The notes under the pieces are model-generated. The model worked only from the letters and a program-made list of their open reading frames with translations. It did not search any database and had not been told where the DNA came from. Position numbers and translations under genes: made by a program. DNA of 64,000 nucleotides from a virus (Duplodnaviria > Caudoviricetes): the IMG/VR virus record IMGVR_UViG_2862281513_000001, positions 32,001-96,000 of that record. One strand, written 5' to 3'. Shown one piece after another: positions 27,481 to 36,951 of this stretch. Within the stretch, counting starts at the first letter, position 1, and each line of letters starts with the position of its first letter.

Positions 27481-27753
27481 TCAGGACTTGCGGCGGTTGA
27501 TCTGGTGGAGGGTGACGCCCTCGGCGGCCAGGGCCCGGCAGATGTTGCCGCGCACCCACCCGCCCCAGCCGTCCGACTCGTACTCGGCGAGGAACTGTCG
27601 CCGCTTGGGGTTGGCCGTGTTCGGGCTGAACGTGGCCGCCAGCTCGTAGGCCAGGACTCGGGTGCTCCACGGGCCTTCGAACAGCTCGTCGGAGATCGCG
27701 TTGTCCTCCAGGTCCCAGTACCGGTGGAGGAGGGGGGTCTGGGTCTGGTCCAT
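27481..27753 (-). CDS. Hypothetical protein
   Basis: GGAG RBS, directly after a repeat. Confidence 0.7.
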   Translation of the reverse strand: MDQTQTPLLHRYWDLEDNAISDELFEGPWSTRVLAYELAATFSPNTANPKRRQFLAEYESDGWGGWVRGNICRALAAEGVTLHQINRRKS

Positions 27754-27801
27754 GGCTGGCGCTCCGTCCCTGGTGGGTGGTGGTGTGTCGTGCATTCATC
27801 A

Positions 27802-27877
27802 TTGGCCAAACCCACCCGGTTAACCTCCCTAGCCGGGCGGATTTGGTCAAGAGATCGACAAGAAAACCGCTGGTCAG
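27802..27877 (-). repeat. Array repeat copy 5 (contains upstream stop at 27874)
   Basis: Core 27802-27850. Confidence 0.9.
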
Positions 27878-29673
27878 GCGGCCAGGTCGTAGCGGCTGAT
27901 CTCCTCGCCGGTGATGCACTCGGCGAGCATGCAGATCAGCACCTCCGACGCGTTCGGGGTGACCGCGTTGCCCAGCTGGCGGACGCGGTCGCGCTTCGAG
28001 CCGAGCACCACGTAGTCGTCGGCGAAGGCCATCGCGCGCTGGATCTCGTGGGGCTGGAGCATCCGGAACAGGACGTCTTCGATCTTGATGTCGCCCTGGA
28101 CGAGGGCGAAGCGGTCGCGGGTGGAGAGGGCGCCGACGGGCTCGCTGACCGGGCGCGGGGTCCCGTTGCCGTAGTACGGGGCCAGGAAGGGTTCCCAGGT
28201 GACGAGGGACTGGTGGCCGGTGGTGGTGAGGGTCCGCATCGGCTCGGCCAGGTCGGTGCAGTGTTCGCCGCCGTCGCCGGTGGAGCCGTTGTTCCGCATC
28301 ATCATGCCCGGCATCGGGACGGCGGCCAGGCCGTGGTGGTTGCCGCTGGCGCAGACCGTGGCGAGCGGGTCGGTGATGGCGCGGACGTCGCTGGAGCCGC
28401 CCCGGATCTCGGTGATGAACGGCAGCCACGCGAGCCCGGCCTCGGCCCTGGCGGTCTGGGTCTGCATCGGCCCGTAGATCGTGCGGGCGTTCTTGCCTTC
28501 GCGGCCGTCGCAGGGGACGAGCAGCGGCGGTACTGCGAGCGCGTCGTTCTCGCGGGTGGTGCGGGTCGGCATCGGCTCCAGCAGGTCGGTGGCCGCGTCG
28601 CGCCAGGTGCCGCCGGTGGGCACCATCAGCGGGCGGGCGAACTTGTCCAGCCCGGCCTGGATGCGCCGCATCGTCTTCTCCGCCAGCGGCGTCTTGCGGT
28701 CGCCGATCCGACCGCCGGGGATCGACCAGTCGATGGCGGCCGCCGCGGGGATCGTCTCGGGCTCCACGATCTGGTGGCCGCACTTGGTGTTCGGGCACCG
28801 GTAGTCGTACTGGCTCTTGTACCGGCCCATGTCGACGCCGGGCTTGCGGAACACCTGTCGGGCCTTGACCATCTGGTCGCAGCCGGTGCAGAACGCCGAG
28901 GGGGCGAGCCACTTCTCGAAGTTCGGGTTCCGGCCGAGGCTGGCGTGCCAGTACACGAAGTACAGCCGGTCACGGGACTGCGGGGCGCGGTGGACGCTGC
29001 GCGGGTCGGCGTGCATCGAGTTCAGCGCGACCAGCTTGGTCCGGTAGCCCAGCTTGTGGAACTCCGCCACCCAGCGGTCCCACTCGGCCCACTGCCGGAC
29101 GTCGACCACGTTCTCGACGACGCCCGCCTTGACGAGCCCGCCGCGCTCCTGGACGCCGCGCAGGTAGAGCGGGATCTCCTCCATCAGCGCCCGGCTGGCC
29201 TGCTCCTCCTCGGTGGGGCCGCCGCTGTCGCGCTCTTCCTCGGTCTGGAACTTCTCCTCCTCCAGCTCCGCGTACAGGTCGAGGAGGTCGCCCTGGACGG
29301 CCTTCGCGAAGTCCCGCTTCTTGCCCTGGGCGATCGACCACTTGGTGCACTCGGGCGAGCCCCAGTGGATGTCGGTGATCGGCCAGGCCCAGACCGGGGC
29401 CTTGCGGATGTCGCCGATGTAGTGCGCGACGCCGGGGAAGTTCCGCTCGTGGCTCTCGATCGCGCGCTTCCAGTGGTTCGCGGCCCGGGTCACCTTGACG
29501 TTCGGGACGGCGTCCGCGCCCTGGGTGGAGCCGCCTGCGCCGCAGAACCAGTCCATGACGCTCAGTTCGGTGCCGTCGTGCCTGTACGCCTTGACTCGCC
29601 GGCGGCGGGCGTACGTCTGGGCGCCGCTGGAGGCCGAGGCCATCGCGCGGGTGGTGGAGGAGATGTAAGGCAT
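27874..29673 (-). CDS. Orphan DNA (cytosine-5) methyltransferase
   Basis: FCGAGG, GSPECT, ENV, Q.R.R, QLGNAV motifs. Confidence 0.92.
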   Translation of the reverse strand: MPYISSTTRAMASASSGAQTYARRRRVKAYRHDGTELSVMDWFCGAGGSTQGADAVPNVKVTRAANHWKRAIESHERNFPGVAHYIGDIRKAPVWAWPITDIHWGSPECTKWSIAQGKKRDFAKAVQGDLLDLYAELEEEKFQTEEERDSGGPTEEEQASRALMEEIPLYLRGVQERGGLVKAGVVENVVDVRQWAEWDRWVAEFHKLGYRTKLVALNSMHADPRSVHRAPQSRDRLYFVYWHASLGRNPNFEKWLAPSAFCTGCDQMVKARQVFRKPGVDMGRYKSQYDYRCPNTKCGHQIVEPETIPAAAAIDWSIPGGRIGDRKTPLAEKTMRRIQAGLDKFARPLMVPTGGTWRDAATDLLEPMPTRTTRENDALAVPPLLVPCDGREGKNARTIYGPMQTQTARAEAGLAWLPFITEIRGGSSDVRAITDPLATVCASGNHHGLAAVPMPGMMMRNNGSTGDGGEHCTDLAEPMRTLTTTGHQSLVTWEPFLAPYYGNGTPRPVSEPVGALSTRDRFALVQGDIKIEDVLFRMLQPHEIQRAMAFADDYVVLGSKRDRVRQLGNAVTPNASEVLICMLAECITGEEISRYDLAA

Positions 29674-29717
29674 GCGGTCCGTCCCTTCGGGTGGGGTGGT
29701 GTGTCGTGCATTCATCA

Positions 29718-29793
29718 TTGACCCCACCCCCCGGGATAATCGCGTTATCCCGGGGAGTTTGGTCAAAGAATCGTCAGGAAAGCCGCAGGTCAG
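29718..29793 (-). repeat. Array repeat copy 6 (contains upstream stop at 29790)
   Basis: Core 29718-29766. Confidence 0.92.
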
Positions 29794-30677
29794 ACGCCGT
29801 CCGGCTGGAACGGGATCTGCGGGTGCCCGTCCTTATCCAGCGCGTACCAGCACCACTCGAAGTGGCCGCCGATGCAGTAGCGGCCGTCCTCGTTCGGCCA
29901 GATCGCCCGGACCGACTTCTCTCGCCTTGTGCCGCCGAGGTACATCCAGCCGATTTCGAGCACGACGACTTCGGCACGGCTGTCGACCGTGCCGTCCAGG
30001 ACGTGGATGGTGTTCACGAAGCCGTGCCCGTAGCGGGCGGCCTCGGCCTGGGTCTCGGCCGCGATGATCCGGACGGTGGGGAGGTCGAACCACGGCCGTA
30101 CGAAGCCGTCGCGCTGGTCGGCCGGGTCGACGAGGGCCGGGTAGCGGTCGCGCTCGTTCGCGCACACCATGACCTCGACCATGGAGCTCGGGACTGCGTC
30201 CGGGGCGTCCGCGCCGGACGGGTCGAGGGTGAGGGAGGCCGCGCGCGGGAGGTCGAGCGACCAGACCGGCCGGCCGTCCCGGCCGGGCAGCTCCTCGCAC
30301 AGCGGGCTCCAGACGTCGCGCGTACTGTCGCCCAGGTACGCCGTCCAGCCGCCGAGGTCATGCAGGGCGTTCCCGGCCTCGGTCTCGCCGACGTCCTCGG
30401 TGAAGGTCCGCTCGTCACCGGCGGCCGTCCAGTAGCGGCCGGTGGGAAACAGCGAGTCCTTGCCTTCGGTCAGTTCGAGCCGTGCGGCGTCGAACGGGGC
30501 GTCGGGCTGGTGGCCGGTGAGGATGTCGCGGACGGCCGCCGCGGTGACGACGAGCATGACGCGGCCGAGCTGCTCGTGCGTGGTGCGGTTGTCGTTGAGG
30601 GCCTGGTCGACGGCCTCGGCGAGTGCCTGGCTGGCGGGCAGTTCGTAGGCGGGGCGGGTAGGGGTCTGGCGTTCCAT
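29790..30677 (-). CDS. Hypothetical protein; C-terminal domain paralogous to 31707-32765
   Basis: VDP...GFV.P.F...WMYL...DGRY.IGG..WCW shared. Confidence 0.8.
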   Translation of the reverse strand: MERQTPTRPAYELPASQALAEAVDQALNDNRTTHEQLGRVMLVVTAAAVRDILTGHQPDAPFDAARLELTEGKDSLFPTGRYWTAAGDERTFTEDVGETEAGNALHDLGGWTAYLGDSTRDVWSPLCEELPGRDGRPVWSLDLPRAASLTLDPSGADAPDAVPSSMVEVMVCANERDRYPALVDPADQRDGFVRPWFDLPTVRIIAAETQAEAARYGHGFVNTIHVLDGTVDSRAEVVVLEIGWMYLGGTRREKSVRAIWPNEDGRYCIGGHFEWCWYALDKDGHPQIPFQPDGV

Positions 30678-30718
30678 GCCGTGTCCGTTCTGTGTGGTGG
30701 GTGCTACGTCCTCGATCC

Positions 30719-30793
30719 TTGACCCCACCGGCCGGGTTAACCTCGTTATCCCGGCCGAGTTGGTCAAGGATTCGTCAGTGAGCTGCTGGTCAG
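30719..30793 (-). repeat. Array repeat copy 7 (contains upstream stop at 30790)
   Basis: Core 30719-30767. Confidence 0.9.
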
Positions 30794-31677
30794 CAGGTGA
30801 TGCCGTCGGCCAGGTACGAGCCGTCTTCGGCGACGCTCAGGGCGAACACCTCGGTCGCGGGGCCGCGCTCGACGCGGGTGGCGGGCAGCCACCGGTAGCC
30901 GTCGAAGTCGGGGCGCCGGCCGCCTTCGCTCCTCCAGCAGAGCTGCCATCCGATCTTGCCGGGCTTGCTGCTGTTGCTCAGTCCGCCGGGGAACCCGAGC
31001 GAGCAGACGAGGAGCCGCAGGCCGACCATGAACGCCTTGGAGTGCATGCGCACCTGGTTCTGCTGGCGGCGGGGGGCGTCGTTGACCAGGCCGACGAGGA
31101 ATGCGATCCGCAGCGTCTCGGGCATCGTCAGCACCCAGGCCGGGAAGCGGCGACCGGCCCCGTACTGGCCGAAGTGCTCGGCGAGCCAGTCGACCAGCTC
31201 GGGCCGGACGGCGGCCGCGGCCGCGCCCTTGAGGCGGATCATCGCCCCGGCGGCGTGGAGGACGTCCACCAGGTCCGCGTCGGCGAGCGGGGCGGGCAGG
31301 TCGGGGATGGGCAGCGGCTCCCCGAAGTGGAGTGGCGTGGCCAGCCGGTGGCGGTCGGTCAGGTCGCGGGCCCTGGTCCAGCCAGCTGCCGACAGGTCCC
31401 CGGCCGGGCCGCCGTCCAGCAGGACGGGCGCGGTCCGCGTGTGGAAGGGATGGTCGGCGGTCGTGGCGAAGCCGCTGATGTACGAGGCGCAGTGGACGCG
31501 GACGGTCTCGGTGGTCGCGGTCATCGTCTCGGTGACCGGGCGCCACCGGCGCTCGTGGGTGAACACCTCGTCCCCGGGGGTGACGGTCTCGATGGGGACG
31601 ATGCCGCGCAGGGTCAGGATCATGGTCCCGGCCGGGAAGCCTTCGGGGGCGGGTGCCGGGGGGCTCTGGTTGTCCAT
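30790..31677 (-). CDS. Free-standing Hint/intein-like protein with LAGLIDADG-like remnant, catalytic termini absent
   Basis: GFPAGTMILT..G..PIE....GDEV.TH, TTADHPF, VFALSVAED.SY.ADGI; no Cys1, no terminal HN. Confidence 0.8.
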   Translation of the reverse strand: MDNQSPPAPAPEGFPAGTMILTLRGIVPIETVTPGDEVFTHERRWRPVTETMTATTETVRVHCASYISGFATTADHPFHTRTAPVLLDGGPAGDLSAAGWTRARDLTDRHRLATPLHFGEPLPIPDLPAPLADADLVDVLHAAGAMIRLKGAAAAAVRPELVDWLAEHFGQYGAGRRFPAWVLTMPETLRIAFLVGLVNDAPRRQQNQVRMHSKAFMVGLRLLVCSLGFPGGLSNSSKPGKIGWQLCWRSEGGRRPDFDGYRWLPATRVERGPATEVFALSVAEDGSYLADGITC

Positions 31678-31706
31678 GTGAGGTCCCTTCTCGTGGGGCG
31701 GTGGGG

Positions 31707-32765
31707 TCAGTGGGCGTCGTGGCCGGTGAACCGGAGCCAGTGGGGGCCGCTGTCGGTCAGGCTGTCGCCGAGGATGGCGCGCAGGGCGGCGTCGGCCTCG
31801 CCGAGCGTCTCGGTGTCGAACGGGCCGCCGTCGCCGAGGTTCAGCTCGGTCTCGCCGGCCACCGCGCCGACGATGCGGGGAGCGCCGTCGGCCTCGAAGA
31901 GGACCGCGGTCGCCTCGGGGGCGAGGCGGTGCAGGATCTCGCCGACGCGGGGCGCGGCCTCCTTGAGCGCGGCGGCCTGCTCGCGGGTCATACCGCAGCC
32001 CTCGCACTGGGGGACGTGCCAGTCGTGGCCCTCGCTGCACAGGCACCACCAGCTGGCGTAGCTCCAGCACCATTCCCAGCCGCCGATGCTGTACCGGCCG
32101 TCGTCGTCGGGCTCGATGATGTGGGTGACCTGCCGTGCGCCCTCGTCTTCCAGGTACATCCACGAGATCTTGAGGACGACGGCCAGCGGCTTGTCGCCGC
32201 GGCCCTTGGCGCCGATGTCGATGACGTGCACGGTGTCCATGCCGTCGGCGCCGTACTCTTCGGCGCACCGCTGGGTCTGGTCGGCCAGCTCGCGGGCGGC
32301 GTCCAGGGTGAAGCGGGGCGAGACGAAGCCGTTCCACAGGTTGTGCGGGTCGACCTTGGCGTCCAGCGGGCCGAGCATGTCGTCGATGCAGACCTTCGTG
32401 TCCACGGTGCGGAGGTCGGAGGCGACCCGGTAGAACTCGGCCTGGCTGTGCTCGCCCTCCCAGCTGTCGCCGTCGAAGTCGAGTTCGTCGGCCAGCGTCT
32501 GGCAGAGCCGCCGGTACAGCGCCTTGCGGTACGGGAGGCTGCCGTCCTCGCGGGCGTCCTGCCATGCCTTCACCCAGGCTTGCCGGTCGAAGCGGGCGTT
32601 GGGCTGCATGCCCGCGGCCGCCTGGAGGCAGACCCTGCGGTCGACGTGGACGGTGCCGTTGACGTCGCCGGTGTCGCGCCTGGCGCGGGCCTGGACGATC
32701 TGCTGGATGAGGGCGAGGGCGCCGGCGAGTTCGAGCTGGCCGACTTCCGGGGTCGTGCTGGTCAT
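31707..32765 (-). CDS. Hypothetical multidomain protein
   Basis: GAGG RBS; central domain shared with 29790-30677. Confidence 0.8.
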   Translation of the reverse strand: MTSTTPEVGQLELAGALALIQQIVQARARRDTGDVNGTVHVDRRVCLQAAAGMQPNARFDRQAWVKAWQDAREDGSLPYRKALYRRLCQTLADELDFDGDSWEGEHSQAEFYRVASDLRTVDTKVCIDDMLGPLDAKVDPHNLWNGFVSPRFTLDAARELADQTQRCAEEYGADGMDTVHVIDIGAKGRGDKPLAVVLKISWMYLEDEGARQVTHIIEPDDDGRYSIGGWEWCWSYASWWCLCSEGHDWHVPQCEGCGMTREQAAALKEAAPRVGEILHRLAPEATAVLFEADGAPRIVGAVAGETELNLGDGGPFDTETLGEADAALRAILGDSLTDSGPHWLRFTGHDAH

Positions 32766-32833
32766 GGCGGGGTTACCTCTCTGGGTGGGTGGTGGGGCGC
32801 CCCGCCCGGCGGGCGGGGCACCGTGGGTGGCGA

Positions 32834-33142
32834 TCAGCTGGTGAAGAGGGCGAGCCACTCGTCCGCGCGCTCCGGGAGGCGCGTCTCCTTGCCCGCCCAG
32901 GCCATCTCGTCGTCGATCTGGCGGGCGAGCAGCTCGAACCGCTCGGAGGTGAAGTGCTCGCCGCGCTCCAGCGCCTGGGCCAGGGAGTGGGCCTTGATGG
33001 CCGCCGACCGCATCGCCTCCTTCTCGCAGCCGAAGCGCAGGAGGTCGGCGCGGGCGCCGGCGACCGTGCCGTAGCCGGTGAGGGCTGCGGCCGTGGCCTG
33101 GGCTGCGGTGGTGACGGTGATGGTGCGGGTGATGGTGGCCAT
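32834..33142 (-). CDS. Hypothetical protein
   Basis: GGGAGCCCGACATG leader after a repeat. Confidence 0.75.
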   Translation of the reverse strand: MATITRTITVTTAAQATAAALTGYGTVAGARADLLRFGCEKEAMRSAAIKAHSLAQALERGEHFTSERFELLARQIDDEMAWAGKETRLPERADEWLALFTS

Positions 33143-33184
33143 GTCGGGCTCCCTGGGTGGTGGTGGGTGGTGACACCTTCTTCA

Positions 33185-33260
33185 TTGACCCCACCGCCCG
33201 GGATAACCTCCGTATCCCGGTAGATTTGGCCAAGGAATCGGCAAGGAAACGGCTGGTCAG
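33185..33260 (-). repeat. Array repeat copy 8 (contains upstream stop at 33257)
   Basis: Core 33185-33233. Confidence 0.9.
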
Positions 33261-34084
33261 GCCATGGCGAACAGGTCGAGCTGGAGCGGCTGGCGCTGGT
33301 GCCATCCGTGGGTGGGGAGGCTGCCGTCGGGGTCGGCCTCCAGCACCAGGAGGACGGTGCGGACGTTCGTGCCGGACGGGGCGAAGGCGTCTTCGGGGAG
33401 CTTGACGATCTCGCCCTCGTTGTCGGCGATCAGCTTGCGGAACTCGACCGCGGCCCGGTCCGAGTGCCAGGCGATCGACTCGGGCATGACGGCCACGAGG
33501 GTGCCGCCGTCCTTCATGAACGCGAGCGCGTGCATGACGTGGGCGATGGCGTTGCTGAACGGCGGGTTCATCAGGACGCGGTCGTACGGCTCGTCGAGGG
33601 CGAGCGGGTCGAGGTCGAGGAAGTCACCCTGAACGACCTGGCGGGCGATGCCGAGGTCTCGGAGGACGTGGGCTCGGCGGGGGTCGATCTCGACGCAGTC
33701 CACGATGCCCATCTCCTCGGCGGCCCGCTTGGCGAGCGAGCCGGTTCCGGCCGACGGTTCCAGCACGGTGTGGCCGACCCGGATCGAGGCGTGCTCCAGC
33801 ATGTCGAACACGACCTTCGGCGGGGTCGGATACCAGCCCTGTTCGAACCGGCTGGGCCACTCGCCGGCCGCGAGGCAGTCGCGCATGAACTGCTCCACCG
33901 GGAAGGGGAAGACGTGGGCACGGACGGCCTTCCTGCCGTCCCACCGGCCGCCAATGTCCTTCAGCATCTGGTTCATCCGCTGGTACAGCGCGGGCTCCAG
34001 CTCGAAGGGGACGGCTACGCGGTCGCCGCTGATGATCGTGCGGTCGTCGGTGAGGACGGCGAGGACGTCGGCCGGGATCTGCAT
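33257..34084 (-). CDS. Orphan N6-adenine-type DNA methyltransferase
   Basis: WYPTP, VLEPSAGTG, NPPF, F..SGT.V; ends QLDLFAMA. Confidence 0.9.
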   Translation of the reverse strand: MQIPADVLAVLTDDRTIISGDRVAVPFELEPALYQRMNQMLKDIGGRWDGRKAVRAHVFPFPVEQFMRDCLAAGEWPSRFEQGWYPTPPKVVFDMLEHASIRVGHTVLEPSAGTGSLAKRAAEEMGIVDCVEIDPRRAHVLRDLGIARQVVQGDFLDLDPLALDEPYDRVLMNPPFSNAIAHVMHALAFMKDGGTLVAVMPESIAWHSDRAAVEFRKLIADNEGEIVKLPEDAFAPSGTNVRTVLLVLEADPDGSLPTHGWHQRQPLQLDLFAMA

Positions 34085-34198
34085 GGGGTGCTCCTTCGTG
34101 CGTGCGGGCAGAACTGGGGGCGCCCCGCCACTGAGGGCGGGGCGCTGCGGTCGGGTGGCCGGGTGGAGGTGGGGGCGCGGGGCGCCCCCACCGGGTGA

Positions 34199-34435
34199 TC
34201 ACCCGTGGCAGATGCACGTGGCCCGAGAGGGGGCCGGGGTGCCGTAGGTGTCGGCGGACACCCGCAGGATCGAGGTGAGGAGTTGGCACAGGTCCGAGTT
34301 CTCGTCGGCCCGGTCCTGGGCGGTGAGGGTGTCGCGGAGCCAGGGGGTGAGGAGGTCCAGCGCTCCGGCGGTGAGGACGATGCCGGTTCCCTCGTCGGCG
34401 GTCGCGCCGGTGTCGGTGATGATGATGTTGTCCAT
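34199..34435 (-). CDS. Hypothetical protein
   Basis: GGAGG RBS after a repeat. Confidence 0.65.
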   Translation of the reverse strand: MDNIIITDTGATADEGTGIVLTAGALDLLTPWLRDTLTAQDRADENSDLCQLLTSILRVSADTYGTPAPSRATCICHG

Positions 34436-34478
34436 GACCCCTCCTGGAGGGTGGTGGTGGGTGGTGACACCTTCTTCA

Positions 34479-34554
34479 TTGACCCCACCCACCCGGATAA
34501 CCTCGTTGCACCGGCTGATTTGGTCAAGGGATCGGCAAGGAAACCGCAGCTCAG
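34479..34554 (-). repeat. Array repeat copy 9
   Basis: Core 34479-34527. Confidence 0.9.
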
Positions 34555-34578
34555 AGGCCGGTTTCCTTGCCGGTCAGG

Positions 34579-35142
34579 TCACCTGCCCTGGCGGGCGAAC
34601 TCCTCCGGCCGCAGCGCGCGGCGCCGGTGCGGGATGGCGTTCTCGGTGCGCCCGAGGTCCTCGGCGAGCTGGGCGTTGCTGTGGCCCCAGTGGTCGAGGA
34701 GCCACTGGTCCTCGTCGGGCGTCCAGTGGGTGCCGCCGTTGTCGGTGCCGCGGGCCCGCTCCGGGCTGGCGGTGCCGGTCTCGTCGGCGGCGATGGCGCG
34801 GGCGTAGCGCTCGGCGTGGCGGGAGCTGGTGAACTCGCCGCGCGCCCAGCGGGTCAGCATCAGGTTCTGGTTGGGCTCGCTGAGCTGGGCGATCTCCCAG
34901 GCGAGGTTCCACGAGATCTCGCCGGCATCGAGGGCCGTCTGTCCGCGCTGGCAGAGCTTGAGGAGGTCGAGGCGCCAGCCGATGAATGCCGGGCGCCTGT
35001 CTGCCATCAGGGCCAGGTCGTCGACGGTGAATCCGGCTTCCCGCAGGTAGCTGTACGCCCTGGCCTCGCGGAGCGGGGCGTTGCGGCCGATGTGGGCGAT
35101 GATTTCGCGGGCCATGCTGGGCGGGATGTGGGTGGCGGTCAT
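34579..35142 (-). CDS. Truncated ParB-like protein (HTH/C-terminal part) with Myb-like WT.DED tail
   Basis: Aligns by eye with the ParB PLEEA-HTH-RL.LLKL region; no GERR motif. Confidence 0.75.
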   Translation of the reverse strand: MTATHIPPSMAREIIAHIGRNAPLREARAYSYLREAGFTVDDLALMADRRPAFIGWRLDLLKLCQRGQTALDAGEISWNLAWEIAQLSEPNQNLMLTRWARGEFTSSRHAERYARAIAADETGTASPERARGTDNGGTHWTPDEDQWLLDHWGHSNAQLAEDLGRTENAIPHRRRALRPEEFARQGR

Positions 35143-35187
35143 TGCGTGCCTTTCGGGGTGGGTGGTGAGGTGGTGACACCTTCATCA

Positions 35188-35263
35188 TTGACCCCACCCA
35201 CCGGGATAACCTCCGTATCCCGGTGAGTTTGGTCAAGGGTTCGTCAGTGAAGCCGCAGGTCAG
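35188..35263 (-). repeat. Array repeat copy 10 (contains upstream stop at 35260)
   Basis: Core 35188-35236. Confidence 0.92.
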
Positions 35264-35775
35264 GCGCTGCGGTTGGCCCGCTCCCACTCCTCGGTCTCGG
35301 CGCTGGCCAGGCGCTCCAGCTCGGGCATCCGGCGGTCGCGCTCTAGGCGCTCAGCCTCCTGCATGGCCTGCTCGCGCTCGGCGCACATGCTCTCCTCCCG
35401 GATGAGGCCCTGGGCGTGCTTCTCGGCGTCCATGCAGGTGGCGAACTGGCCCAGCTCCCAGCGGGTGAGCATGACTCCCTGGTTGACCGGGCCGAGCTTG
35501 GCGATGTACCCGGCGAGGTTGACCGGGAGCTTTCCGGCTTCGAGGGTCAGCTGGCCGAGTTCGCACAGGGTGAGCAGGTCCAGCCGCCAGCCGACGAAGC
35601 AGGCGCGGTGGCCGGTCATCTCGCCGATCTCGTCGTTGGAGTAGCCGGCTGTGCGGAGGGCGTTGAAGATGCCGGCCTCCTGCATGGGGGTGACGCCTTC
35701 GACCGTGGCCTGGTCCGCGACCTTCTGGGCGAGGTCGGCGGGGAGGACCTTGACGGTGGTGGTGGCGGCGGTCAT
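35260..35775 (-). CDS. Truncated ParB-like protein (HTH/C-terminal part)
   Basis: TPMQEA...WRLDLL.L...NQ...RW..GQFAT..DAE matches the parB C-terminal half. Confidence 0.75.
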   Translation of the reverse strand: MTAATTTVKVLPADLAQKVADQATVEGVTPMQEAGIFNALRTAGYSNDEIGEMTGHRACFVGWRLDLLTLCELGQLTLEAGKLPVNLAGYIAKLGPVNQGVMLTRWELGQFATCMDAEKHAQGLIREESMCAEREQAMQEAERLERDRRMPELERLASAETEEWERANRSA

Positions 35776-35818
35776 TGCCGTCCCTTTCGGTGGGGTGTGG
35801 TGTGTTACATCCTCTTCA

Positions 35819-35880
35819 TTGAGCCAAAGCCCCTGGGGTAATCACCGGAGCCCGAGAAGTTTGGTCGAGAAATCGTCAGG
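35819..35880 (-). repeat. Array repeat copy 11 (diverged)
   Basis: TTCATTGAGC...TTTGGTCGA, 50-bp core. Confidence 0.8.
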
Positions 35881-35907
35881 GGGCCGCGTGCGGGCCCCCG
35901 GGACCCG

Positions 35908-36933
35908 CTAGGCGGTGGCGGTCTCCGCCGTGAGCTTGGCGGCCATCTCGTCGCCGCTCATGCGGCCGGTGACCTTGTCGTAGGGCAGGGTGCTCGTCGC
36001 CTTGCCGAGCTGGTTGGCGCGGTTGTAGACCTGGGCTTTCCAGTCCACCGACTTCGGGACGGTCAGCGTCTTCTGGTTGACCCGGAGGACCAGGTACCAC
36101 CGCTCCCCCAGCCCGACGTAGTCACCGGGCGTGAAGTCGTCCGGCCGCCAGACCTTCGCGCCATCGGCCTCGGCCTGCTCGATGTGGCCTTCCCACGCGC
36201 GGATCTGCTCGGTCAGGTCGTGGTGTTCGGCGTCGAGCCGTACGAGGTCCGCGGCGAGCTGGTCGGGGTCGACGGCCGCGCTGGTTCCGGCCACCTGCAT
36301 GGCGGCCCGCAGGGTGCCCGCGGTCTTCCGCTCGATGCAGCCGAGGTCGGCCCGTAGCCGCTCCAGCCGGCGCAGCGTGGTGCCGACGTGCTTGCGGCCC
36401 TGCTCGTAGGTGGCGGCCGCGTCCGCGAGGCTCCGGCATCGGTCGGCTTCCTCCTGCTCGGCTACGGCCTGGCCGCACAGCTTCCGCGACCGTTCCAGGT
36501 CCCGCAGGTGCCTGCCCGCCGAGTAGTGGTCGACCTTGACCGGCTCCCCCATGTAGCTGGCGGCGATCCGGCGTCCCTCGGCCCACTTGGCGTCCGAGGA
36601 CGCCTGCAGCCGGTCGGCCCGCGCCTCGCGCCGTACGGCCCGCCCCCCTGCCCGCTGGTACCGCTCGGTCTCGGCTTCCTGGAAGGAGCGCCGTACGGTC
36701 TCGTCGATGGAAAGGGTGACCGTGTGCCCGTCGGCCTCCAGGGCGGCTTGTGCGCCTCGGATGCGGCGCATGTCGGCCGCCCGGTCCCGCGAGCCCCGCA
36801 GGTACACGAAGCCGACGGTGCGGGCGTAGCGGAAGCCCCACGGGTTCAGCAGCTCCAGGATGCCGTCGCCGGGCTCGGAGCCGACGATCAGCGTGCCCTC
36901 GGCCCTCGTGTGCTTGATCGTGATGTCTGCCAT
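35908..36933 (-). CDS. DUF3560-like protein
   Basis: GEPVKVDHYS..RH.R...R motif; N-terminal I.HTRA.GTL shared with 39057-41822. Confidence 0.8.
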   Translation of the reverse strand: MADITIKHTRAEGTLIVGSEPGDGILELLNPWGFRYARTVGFVYLRGSRDRAADMRRIRGAQAALEADGHTVTLSIDETVRRSFQEAETERYQRAGGRAVRREARADRLQASSDAKWAEGRRIAASYMGEPVKVDHYSAGRHLRDLERSRKLCGQAVAEQEEADRCRSLADAAATYEQGRKHVGTTLRRLERLRADLGCIERKTAGTLRAAMQVAGTSAAVDPDQLAADLVRLDAEHHDLTEQIRAWEGHIEQAEADGAKVWRPDDFTPGDYVGLGERWYLVLRVNQKTLTVPKSVDWKAQVYNRANQLGKATSTLPYDKVTGRMSGDEMAAKLTAETATA

Positions 36934-36951
36934 GCCGTTTTCCCTCCTGGT

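Noticed and set aside
24129-29766. N-terminal extensions such as MTKLPGITRLSR/MMNARHTT in the ORF track, or a conserved leader peptide
   Set aside because: They come from reading through the repeat (TTG of TTGACC, ATGATG); the frame relative to the downstream gene varies and each gene has its own RBS closer in
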